From Thermoanaerobaculia bacterium (GTDB taxonomy: Bacteria > Acidobacteriota > Thermoanaerobaculia > Gp7-AA8): a stretch of DNA of 35,322 nucleotides. Positions 17,284-24,876 of this stretch are shown here, in pieces. Under the pieces are notes generated by a model. It saw nothing but the letters and a program-made list of their open reading frames with translations. It was not told the DNA's origin and made no database searches. Every line of letters starts with the position of its first letter. Positions within the stretch are counted from its first letter, which is position 1. The position numbers were made by a program, and so were the translations under genes. The stretch spans positions 1 through 35,322 of the forward strand of contig JBAVBF010000589.1 of NCBI GenBank assembly GCA_049586115.1, read 5' to 3'.

Positions 17284-19131
17284 GTGACTGTTTCTGGTGC
17301 TTGGATTCGCGATCTTGACACCCACCTCTTGCGAGGCAAGCAGGTACTTCTGTACGGGAACGTATTCGATCAACAGTTGATCAACGGACGGTACAACAGG
17401 TTCCGTGAGGCGTTGGAGGCGTACTTCACGGGGGTCGGATACAAGGTGATCGGGCACTACGATCTTGTCGACGGACTCACCCTTCAAACACCGGCGGCAC
17501 GCCAACTCGTCGACGAGATCATGTCCCGCGCCCTCGGCGGTTCGCCAGCGGCGTCTTCCGCGACGAACGTCCAACCCCAACGCTCGATGCCTCGCGCGAC
17601 AGTTGTCGACATGTCCCTGTTCCGCCCCGAACAGGCGCTCGACGTCATCCGACACGTGCTTGCGCAAGCCGAGCACCCGGCGGCGTTCATCGTTGACTTC
17701 TCAGACAAGTTAACGGGCGACCCGGACCGTTTCTCGGAGGATGAGCGGAGATGGCTCGTATTACTTCGAAAAGCGCTGGACTCCGCTGAATTTGTCCGAA
17801 CGGGTGAAGCCAAAGGACGCAGGAATGCCTTGGTGACCGTCGCTGGCCAGCTGGCTGGCGTGCCGGCGTGGTTTTACAAGGAGAATCCCCTTGTTGCGCT
17901 CGTACACGTCGCACAGCCGAGCCGCCACGAGCGGGAGTTCTTCATTCGTCAGTTTTCAAAGCAATTCTACGGAGGCACCGAGCCGAGCGATCTGGCACAA
18001 GAGATCGTCACAGAATTTGCCGACCTCACCGACGGCATGACGGTTTGGGATCTCGAGGGGATACGGCGAGCGTCGCTTCATGAAAAGCTCTCTATTGCAC
18101 GGCCTAAAGCATTGGTCGACTACTACCGATACGGAGCCGTCGAAGACCCGTGGGAACAACTCGACTCTGCCAAGATCCAGTCTGCTGCTAGCGCGATTGC
18201 CGTGGACGTGTTGGGACAGGATGCTGCCGTGGCGGCGGTCATCGACATGCTGGTGGCTGCGCGGGTCGGTCTAACGCTATCTGACTCCTCAGCCAAAGCC
18301 GGAAAGCCGAAAGGGGTGTTCTTCTTCGTTGGGCCTACTGGTGTGGGAAAGACAGAACTGGCCAAGGCCCTCTCGAAACTGGTGTTTGGCGAGCAGGATG
18401 CCCTCGATCGCTATGACATGAGTGAGTATGCAGAGAAGCACGCGGCTGAAAAGCTGGCGGGGTCGCCGCCTGGGTACGTTGGCTACGACGAAGGTGGCAG
18501 GCTAACGAACCGCATGATCAAGAAGCCATTCAGCTTGCTTCTGTTCGATGAGATCGAGAAGGCTGATCCTCTTGTCATGGACAAGTTCCTGCAGATTCTC
18601 GAAGACGGTCGACTCACGGACGCGAAGGGACAGACCGCCTACTTTTCGCAATCGGTGATCATCTTTACGAGCAACATCGGCTCAGACACCGCCATGGACT
18701 GCGTACCGGATGACAGTGGTCACCCGACCTACGAGACGCTTCGTACGCATTACCTAAATGCCGTCCGCCAACACTTCACACACAAGATTGGGCGACCAGA
18801 ACTGCTGAACCGTTTCGGCGACAACATACTTGTGTTTGACATGTTGCGGCCGGCGTACATCGAAGGCATTGCTCACAAGTTTCTGCAGAAGCTCGCCGCT
18901 TCTGCGGCCTTGCGATACGGCATCGCGGTGACATTTGAGCCGTCGGTCCTGGACGCGGTACGGCAGTGGATGCAGGACGGAAGTAACATGCAGTTTGGTG
19001 GGCGTCGAATCAAGACGCTGCTCGATGCCACGATCGTCTTGGCGCTGAATCGCTGGGTTTTTGTGGAGAAGCCAAAGAGGGACACGGCCGTCCGAGTCGC
19101 CTGGAAGAGTGGTTCAGTAGTGATTTCATAA
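17284..19131 (+). CDS. Two-domain AAA+ protein: degenerate classical-AAA-like N-domain + intact ClpA/ClpB D2-type ATPase with D2-small domain
   Basis: The C-terminal half has GQDAAVAAVIDML, Walker A FFFVGPTGVGKTELAKAL, GSPPGYVGYDEGG, Walker B LLLFDEIEKA, sensor-1 IIFTSN and ELLNRF. In the N-terminal half, VLLYGNVFDQ replaces the P-loop and AAFIVDFSD replaces Walker B. GTG start with GGAG 8 nt upstream. Confidence 0.9.
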   Translation: MTVSGAWIRDLDTHLLRGKQVLLYGNVFDQQLINGRYNRFREALEAYFTGVGYKVIGHYDLVDGLTLQTPAARQLVDEIMSRALGGSPAASSATNVQPQRSMPRATVVDMSLFRPEQALDVIRHVLAQAEHPAAFIVDFSDKLTGDPDRFSEDERRWLVLLRKALDSAEFVRTGEAKGRRNALVTVAGQLAGVPAWFYKENPLVALVHVAQPSRHEREFFIRQFSKQFYGGTEPSDLAQEIVTEFADLTDGMTVWDLEGIRRASLHEKLSIARPKALVDYYRYGAVEDPWEQLDSAKIQSAASAIAVDVLGQDAAVAAVIDMLVAARVGLTLSDSSAKAGKPKGVFFFVGPTGVGKTELAKALSKLVFGEQDALDRYDMSEYAEKHAAEKLAGSPPGYVGYDEGGRLTNRMIKKPFSLLLFDEIEKADPLVMDKFLQILEDGRLTDAKGQTAYFSQSVIIFTSNIGSDTAMDCVPDDSGHPTYETLRTHYLNAVRQHFTHKIGRPELLNRFGDNILVFDMLRPAYIEGIAHKFLQKLAASAALRYGIAVTFEPSVLDAVRQWMQDGSNMQFGGRRIKTLLDATIVLALNRWVFVEKPKRDTAVRVAWKSGSVVIS

Positions 19132-19144
19132 CGAGAGGTGAACG

Positions 19145-19894
19145 ATGGCGAGCTTGTACGATTCGATCCGCTCGATGGAAAGGGATGGCAAGATTAGCAA
19201 GGCCACCGCGGATGCCTTCACGGGTACGGCTGACCGTCAGATGCAGATGCCGCCGCTTCATGCGGTCGCTTATGATCCTCAATTCATCTGCGTCCTACTG
19301 GATCAGTCAGGATCCATGAAGCCGTTGCGCGAGGCAGTAATAGAGGGGCATGCCGAGGTTATAAACGCATTCCGCAAGAGCGCCACGTGTAGGAACAACG
19401 CGTTGTTTATCGCGCAGTATGTGTTCAGTGGGACGAGCGAACCGCTCAACGGCTTTCGACCTCTATCGGAGCATGGGAACGATGACGTTGTCCGTCTGAC
19501 GGAATCGAACTACACACCGGCGGGTGTGACAGCTCTCTATCAGACGGTTCATGGAATGCTGCAGGACACGCTCATGGTGGTAGATCACTGCGGCCGCAAC
19601 GAAGGACTCGCGCCGAGCATTTATATCATGCTCGTAACGGATGGCGACGATACGGAGGGCAAAGTCGATCCAGCGGACATTCGCCGTTGTCTCACTGAGA
19701 TGCGTGACAAGGGCACACTTGGTATCGCGGGCGTGCTGGGCGTATTGAGCGACAAGCTGACCCCGCAACAGCTTGAAAACATTAGGGCGACACTCGGATT
19801 TGATGTGGTGATACCCGCGGGCGCGACTGCGAAGGAGCTTCGTGACGCAATGGGTCAGTTCTCTAAAAGCATTGCGGACAGGCTGGGTAAGTAG
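19145..19894 (+). CDS. vWA-domain protein (TerY-like) with a complete MIDAS motif
   Basis: FICVLLDQSGSM (DxSxS), GVTALY (Thr) and IMLVTDGDD (Asp). GAGAGGTG SD upstream of the ATG. Confidence 0.85.
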   Translation: MASLYDSIRSMERDGKISKATADAFTGTADRQMQMPPLHAVAYDPQFICVLLDQSGSMKPLREAVIEGHAEVINAFRKSATCRNNALFIAQYVFSGTSEPLNGFRPLSEHGNDDVVRLTESNYTPAGVTALYQTVHGMLQDTLMVVDHCGRNEGLAPSIYIMLVTDGDDTEGKVDPADIRRCLTEMRDKGTLGIAGVLGVLSDKLTPQQLENIRATLGFDVVIPAGATAKELRDAMGQFSKSIADRLGK

Positions 19895-19922
19895 CGCGCT
19901 CTGTTGGGGAAAGAGGTGGGAT

Positions 19923-21131
19923 GTGCGGTTTGAGTTTGAAGATCGAAGCGGTGAGTACGAGTGCGAGACGCTTTCGAAACTCGGCGAGGGTGGCGAAGGT
20001 GTGATTTATATCTTGGATGACCAGGCGCTTGCGAAGGTCTACCATGCCAAAGAGCTGAATCGACGTCGCCAAGAGAAGGTTCTCGCACTCTGCGCGAGAT
20101 ACAACCATTTCGCCGGTGTGTTCGGAGCGGCGCGTTTCGCGTGGCCGGAGGCGCCGGCGATCTCCGCTGATATTCACGAGATTGTTGGTTTTCGGATGGC
20201 ACATCTCGGAGCCTATCCCAGCCTCGAACAGGTGCGCTACGACTCCTCAGAACGTCAGTTTCGCACGGCTGGTGGCGAGCGGCTAGACGATGACAAAGCG
20301 ATAGCGGTGGCCTATTCGCTCTTCGATGCCCTAGAACGCCTCCATACGGCTCGTATCGTGCTCGGGGACCTAAACCCCACAAATGTGTTGGTGGACATAC
20401 ATTCCGCGAATGCATTGATTGTCGACATCGACTCATGCCACGTTGAGGGGTTCCCGTGCCCTGTATTCAAGGCCGAGTATCTCGATCCAATGACAGAGGC
20501 GGCCGGGAAGCAATCGGACGGGTCTCTGAACTACACCTCGTCCAGTGACTACTATGCAGCAGCAGTTATGACATACGAATTGATCGTCGGGAGCCTGCCC
20601 AGCTTCTTTCGTTCGGAGCAGGGCCTCGGCGCGCTAGACCTGAAGGCGAAAGGCGTGAGCCTTCTGGCCCACGTTGAGGATCCTACGTTCCTTTCCTCGC
20701 ACGGCGTGCGTCTTCGGTCACATCCTTTGAACGACGGACTGTGCCGGCGCTTGCAAGAGGTCAAGTTACTCGACGGAGGACGTCTATACCGATACTGGCA
20801 CGACGTGTTGGTGAAGGGACGGCGGTACAGCCTCCTCGAGCGGCTGCCGGTGTCGGATCCGCGTAATCCGACACACCGGCTGCTTGCCAAGAAGGGGTCA
20901 CGGACCGTTGTCGACGTGATTCGAGATGGACAGTCGCCGCGTGCCGTCGTGCCCTTGCAGGCGGATCCCATTTTTTTTCAGGAGGAGGATGTTCAGACAA
21001 TCGTCGGACTGACACGACGCAGCTCGAGGCTCCGTGCGACGTTCGATGGTGTAGATCCGATTGGATTCCAGCTGTTCGTCGAAAACCTAGGCTTCGACTA
21101 TCGTGCGCTGCTCGAGAGAGGCACAGGATGA
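19923..21131 (+). CDS. Ser/Thr protein-kinase-like protein (TerY-P-type)
   Basis: Gly-rich loop LGEGGEGVIY, Lys in LAKVY, and a catalytic-loop variant IVLGDLNPTNVLV. DIDS occupies the DFG position. GTG 19923 is the first start after the vWA stop, with AAGAGG 6 nt upstream. The track alternative, ATG 19842, overlaps the vWA gene by 53 nt. Confidence 0.75.
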   Translation: MRFEFEDRSGEYECETLSKLGEGGEGVIYILDDQALAKVYHAKELNRRRQEKVLALCARYNHFAGVFGAARFAWPEAPAISADIHEIVGFRMAHLGAYPSLEQVRYDSSERQFRTAGGERLDDDKAIAVAYSLFDALERLHTARIVLGDLNPTNVLVDIHSANALIVDIDSCHVEGFPCPVFKAEYLDPMTEAAGKQSDGSLNYTSSSDYYAAAVMTYELIVGSLPSFFRSEQGLGALDLKAKGVSLLAHVEDPTFLSSHGVRLRSHPLNDGLCRRLQEVKLLDGGRLYRYWHDVLVKGRRYSLLERLPVSDPRNPTHRLLAKKGSRTVVDVIRDGQSPRAVVPLQADPIFFQEEDVQTIVGLTRRSSRLRATFDGVDPIGFQLFVENLGFDYRALLERGTG

Positions 21132-22360
21132 CGGGCTTTGATGAGCGACGCCGTGTTGCGAGCCACTTCGCGCTGTGTCATGACTCTTCGACGGCGCTAC
21201 CGTTCACCGTCGGCGGCGTGACACAGCATGGATGGCACGCGGACTCGCGGAACAATCAAGACGCCATGGGGCTCTGGATTGAACAAGGCTTCATCGTAGC
21301 CGTTGTGTGTGATGGGTGCGCCAGTCCGGCGAGCGCGAGCAAGAATTCCGTGTCGCTCAACGAGGTGGGGGCAAAGCTGACGTGTTTGGCCGCACTACGG
21401 GTTGTGCGTGAGCAGATTCGCATAGGGACGCCTCTGGACGAGTCATTGTCCTTAGCGGTTGTCGAGGGGGTACGGCGGATGGCCCGGCAAGTGGTCGGTA
21501 TCGGACTCCATCGATCCGAGCCAAGAGCGCTTCGCGAGAAGATCTTGCTCGAGTACGTCATGAGTACGTTGCTTCTTGCAGTGGTCACCGCGGAGAACTA
21601 CCTCGTCTTCGCGGTGGGCGATGGATTCATACGTGTGAATGATACCAACCATGATCTGAGCCAAATGAGCGGACACTATCTCGCCAATGAATGGTTTCCC
21701 GCCGCCGAGCGTCGTAGGTCTGCCGTTGAGGTTTCGTCCATCGAACCCGAGGCGGCTGTACCTCCGCGGTGGCTCCAAGTGGGGTCGACCGCAGAGCTCC
21801 ACAGTCTTGTCTTGGCGTCCGACGGAGCAGCTGATCTCTTTTCCAGTCAGAATAACCTCCTCGGTGAACTTCAGAAACGCTCGGCAACGCGTGAGTACTC
21901 GAGCGGATATGACCCTCTGTTTTTTCGGGAGTTTCGCGTGCTCGCGAGCCGGCTGCCTGTGGGGCCGAGGAACCAAGATACCGATGATCAGACGCTCGTG
22001 GCGATTCGACGGTTGCCGCAATCTGAGAAGGGCGATCTCGCTGAAAAGGAGCAACAAGGCAGCGCGACAACGGAAATGCTTGCCGCTCCCACCATCGAGC
22101 GCTTTCCCGCGGTCGAACAACTGCCCGCTGGCGAAGCCCTTCCCAACGTCGAAGCGCTTCCCAACGTTGATCCTGTTTCCACCTTAGAGCCTCTTCGCAG
22201 CGTCGAGTGCATTCCGGCCGCCGAATCTGTTCCCGACTCCGAACCTGTTCCCGGCGCCGAAGTCGTCCTCAATGAACTAATAGAGATATCTGAAGCCGGG
22301 GTTGAAAAGGACAAACCAACCGATCGCGAGGTACCTGATGCTGACAGTGTCGGCGAGTGA
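21128..22360 (+). CDS. PP2C-family protein phosphatase with a hexapeptide-repeat acidic tail
   Basis: Metal-binding blocks NQDAMG, VVCDGC, FAVGDGF, LASDGAADL and DDQTLVAI. ATGA overlap with the kinase stop. Confidence 0.8.
   Translation: MTGFDERRRVASHFALCHDSSTALPFTVGGVTQHGWHADSRNNQDAMGLWIEQGFIVAVVCDGCASPASASKNSVSLNEVGAKLTCLAALRVVREQIRIGTPLDESLSLAVVEGVRRMARQVVGIGLHRSEPRALREKILLEYVMSTLLLAVVTAENYLVFAVGDGFIRVNDTNHDLSQMSGHYLANEWFPAAERRRSAVEVSSIEPEAAVPPRWLQVGSTAELHSLVLASDGAADLFSSQNNLLGELQKRSATREYSSGYDPLFFREFRVLASRLPVGPRNQDTDDQTLVAIRRLPQSEKGDLAEKEQQGSATTEMLAAPTIERFPAVEQLPAGEALPNVEALPNVDPVSTLEPLRSVECIPAAESVPDSEPVPGAEVVLNELIEISEAGVEKDKPTDREVPDADSVGE
22097..22258 (+). repeat. Nine tandem 18-nt (hexapeptide) repeats inside the PP2C tail
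   Basis: In-frame units ERFPAV EQLPAG EALPNV EALPNV DPVSTL EPLRSV ECIPAA ESVPDS EPVPGA. The DNA units are clearly related (gaagcccttcccaacgtc / gaagcgcttcccaacgtt ...). Confidence 0.8.
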
Positions 22361-23882
22361 CATTTCGAACGCGGGCGGACTATTGGCGGCAATCTCTGCG
22401 AAGTCAGCTGACTTTGTGGCTGAGCTGCTATCGGGAACCCGGACTCGCCTTCCGGCAGCCGCGGCTCGAGTCACGAAGCTCGTGACACATGCCAACCCGC
22501 ACCTGGACGAGTACTTCGCGGCACTAGTGTTCCGAGCGCTGTTGCCGTCTTCGAAGCGTGGCCTCGTGCTTGGAGAGGCCGTCCTGGGATCGCGAGACAA
22601 CGATTCGCTTGCACAATCGACGTGGCCGGACGCGGCCGTATTCGGCATCGGCGCGACTGAGAACGGGGGCGCACGGCCACTAATCTTGTACGACGAGCAC
22701 ACGCATACTGGTGTCAAGCGAAAGGCCTCATCCTGCTCGGAACTGACGTTGAAGCGCGTCGTGGAGGGCTTCCCCCATGCATTGCCGCCGGAACTCTTCT
22801 TTGTATTCGGCGAGATAGATCACATCGACGCGAATGGCGGCGCTCACCCGCAGCAGCTGGCTAACGCCGTCAAGTGGCTCCATGACATCAGTTTTATGGT
22901 GCACGCAGGCGCAACACCCGCCGAGAGGATCTCAGAGCAGTTGTCGTTTATCTGGAAACAGGCCCTTGTGGATGCGGCTGTCGTTGCTGCTTTGTACGTC
23001 CTTCGGGAGCGGATCGACCTCAAGAAGCGGGACGCGTGGAAGGACTATGCCGGTGACTCGCTTCGACACTACAAAGAGCACACCCTGCTAAGGGAGCGCC
23101 CTCAGTTCGAGGCGTGCTATCAACGGCTGACGCAGAACGTCCTTGGATTCCCGGGTCGTGGTCCCGTATGGTTGACAACACGTGGCGCCGATGGCGTTTT
23201 GGTGCCCAGGCTCGATTCGCATAAACGGGAAATACCTCAACGACTCGTCATGCCTTGGCTTAGCCGCGCATGTGTGGAGTGCTGGGGGCCGCAACTGGGT
23301 CATGTCATTCTCGCCCATTTCTGGGAGGCGACGTTGATGAACCAGCTGTCGTTCGTTCGAATTAAGGATGAACTGACGACAGTTCTTGGAGAAGGTCGAG
23401 TGGATGTGGATGTCGACACACCCGTTGGGGAGCTTCAGTTTCGAACTCTCTCGGGCATCGCCGTGAAGCCCGCTGGATCAGCCGACGGAAACTCAACGGT
23501 GCAGCCGTGGGTATTGTTCTACCGTCCACGAATTGACATAGAGGCACCGAAGCCACCCATCTCCAACTTCATAGCAAGCAAGAATCAGGGTGTTGGCATC
23601 TTCGCGATTGTTAACCCACGGTCGGATACATTGGTGCTTTCGCGCGGAGGCGGTGTCTCAGATTCCGTTTGGGAAGCTGTAATCGGCCAGCTCGTTGAGC
23701 GCGAAGGTGACTCGGACGCGAAGGACGTCCCTGGGTGCTGGCATATCACTCGGGATGAGAAGGGCAAGCCGGCAGATTTTCTGCTGAACGGGAACAAGGC
23801 TCACCAGTATGTTCCTAGGTCGGCGCTTCGGGATGTGAACAGTCTGACCCACCTCGTAAAGGCCGCGTACAGACCAACGTGA
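22338..23882 (+). CDS. Large protein of uncertain family; N-terminus resembles MYG1/UPF0160 (DHH-superfamily) metal-dependent phosphoesterases
   Basis: KLVTHANPHLDEYFAALVFRALLP and FGIGATENGGARPLILYDEHTHTG resemble, from memory, the MYG1 blocks GTHxGxFHxDE and DVGGxYD...YDHHQ. ATG 22338 has GAGG 6 nt upstream and overlaps the PP2C gene by 23 nt. The CDS call is solid; the family call is tentative. Confidence 0.55.
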   Translation: MLTVSASDISNAGGLLAAISAKSADFVAELLSGTRTRLPAAAARVTKLVTHANPHLDEYFAALVFRALLPSSKRGLVLGEAVLGSRDNDSLAQSTWPDAAVFGIGATENGGARPLILYDEHTHTGVKRKASSCSELTLKRVVEGFPHALPPELFFVFGEIDHIDANGGAHPQQLANAVKWLHDISFMVHAGATPAERISEQLSFIWKQALVDAAVVAALYVLRERIDLKKRDAWKDYAGDSLRHYKEHTLLRERPQFEACYQRLTQNVLGFPGRGPVWLTTRGADGVLVPRLDSHKREIPQRLVMPWLSRACVECWGPQLGHVILAHFWEATLMNQLSFVRIKDELTTVLGEGRVDVDVDTPVGELQFRTLSGIAVKPAGSADGNSTVQPWVLFYRPRIDIEAPKPPISNFIASKNQGVGIFAIVNPRSDTLVLSRGGGVSDSVWEAVIGQLVEREGDSDAKDVPGCWHITRDEKGKPADFLLNGNKAHQYVPRSALRDVNSLTHLVKAAYRPT

Positions 23883-23890
23883 GAGGTTTT

Positions 23891-24052
23891 ATGTCTGTCA
23901 TACAGTGTGCAGCATCGGGATGCACCGCAACCGAGAAGTCTGGACGGATTTTTGCGCGGTGCGCAAAATGTGGAGCATGGTGGTGTGGCAGACACGCAAC
24001 GAAGGGGAATCCCTGCCCTGGTTGCCGCCACAAGTATCTGGTTGGCAAGTAG
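23891..24052 (+). CDS. 53-aa zinc-ribbon mini-protein (below the track size cut-off)
   Basis: Manual translation gives MSVIQCAASGCTATEKSGRIFARCAKCGAWWCGRHATKGNPCPGCRHKYLVGK. Cys pattern is Cx4C...CxxC...C..H...CxxC. GAGAGG lies 5 nt upstream of the ATG. The start is 8 nt after the preceding stop. Confidence 0.5.
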   Translation: MSVIQCAASGCTATEKSGRIFARCAKCGAWWCGRHATKGNPCPGCRHKYLVGK

Positions 24053-24250
24053 CCTCGTCGACCTGTGCCCGCGGCACGTCAGTGCGCAAAGCCGGGAGAT
24101 CGATGCCGATCCTCATTCGCCGTGTGTCTGAGTCCCGCACGCTACGAGTGGTCGCTGCGGTCAACGCACAGCTCTCGTCCATGGCGTTCCGCTGCCTCGC
24201 GGGTGCCGAGCAGCCATAGCCAGCCGTCGATGCGACCACAATTCGAGGCA

Positions 24251-24267
24251 TTCCGATCCATTCCGAT
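24251..24267 (+). promoter_or_regulatory. Two TTCCGAT repeats exactly 10 nt apart upstream of the 24316 gene
   Basis: cATTCCGATCcATTCCGATGc. The repeat lies 49-65 nt upstream of ATG 24316. Confidence 0.35.
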
Positions 24268-24315
24268 GCTCCTTCCGCGCCCATCTTCACACTTGATGCG
24301 GAAGGAGAAGCGAAG

Positions 24316-24876
24316 ATGGAACGTGAAATCGAAGAGGGAGCAAATGTTGGTCGACGAGCGCCGGCATCATGGGTGCCAGAGGAGCATGTCATCACCGAGT
24401 GCTACCCAGTGTTCCCACCACACGTGGTGGCCTACCCCCGCATCAAAGGCCAGCCGGACGCACAACTCAACGTGAGCTACCTCGTGAATAGAGTGTGCCG
24501 TCAGGTGGCACTCTCACGTTCACGCGTGATCGGCGGGCAAGGACGCAAGGGAGTGCCGATGGACGCGGGCTACTTCGAAATCGACTGCTCGCTGTCTGCC
24601 TTCGCCCCGCAGCGTACTTCTTCCGCCTACGAGACGCTCATGGCGCTTCTCGAGGAGTATCCGCGGAACGATGGTACCGACCATCTCCGCAGCGTCATTG
24701 AGGCCATTCCGGTCGCGAATTGCCGCGCGTGTGCAGCGGAGTTCAACGTGCGTCTCCCGCATGCATGCGCGCCGCGAGATCTAGCCGAGAATGGGCGCTA
24801 TCTCGCCAAGGCCTACCGCGCACTCGACCGCACATTGCGCTCTCTTCCGCGGCGAACATCAAATCATACAGATTGA
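24316..24876 (+). CDS. Hypothetical protein (186 aa), no recognisable motif
   Basis: AAGGAG SD lies 8 nt upstream of the ATG. Its stop abuts the stop of the convergent gene (TGATCA). Confidence 0.55.
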   Translation: MEREIEEGANVGRRAPASWVPEEHVITECYPVFPPHVVAYPRIKGQPDAQLNVSYLVNRVCRQVALSRSRVIGGQGRKGVPMDAGYFEIDCSLSAFAPQRTSSAYETLMALLEEYPRNDGTDHLRSVIEAIPVANCRACAAEFNVRLPHACAPRDLAENGRYLAKAYRALDRTLRSLPRRTSNHTD

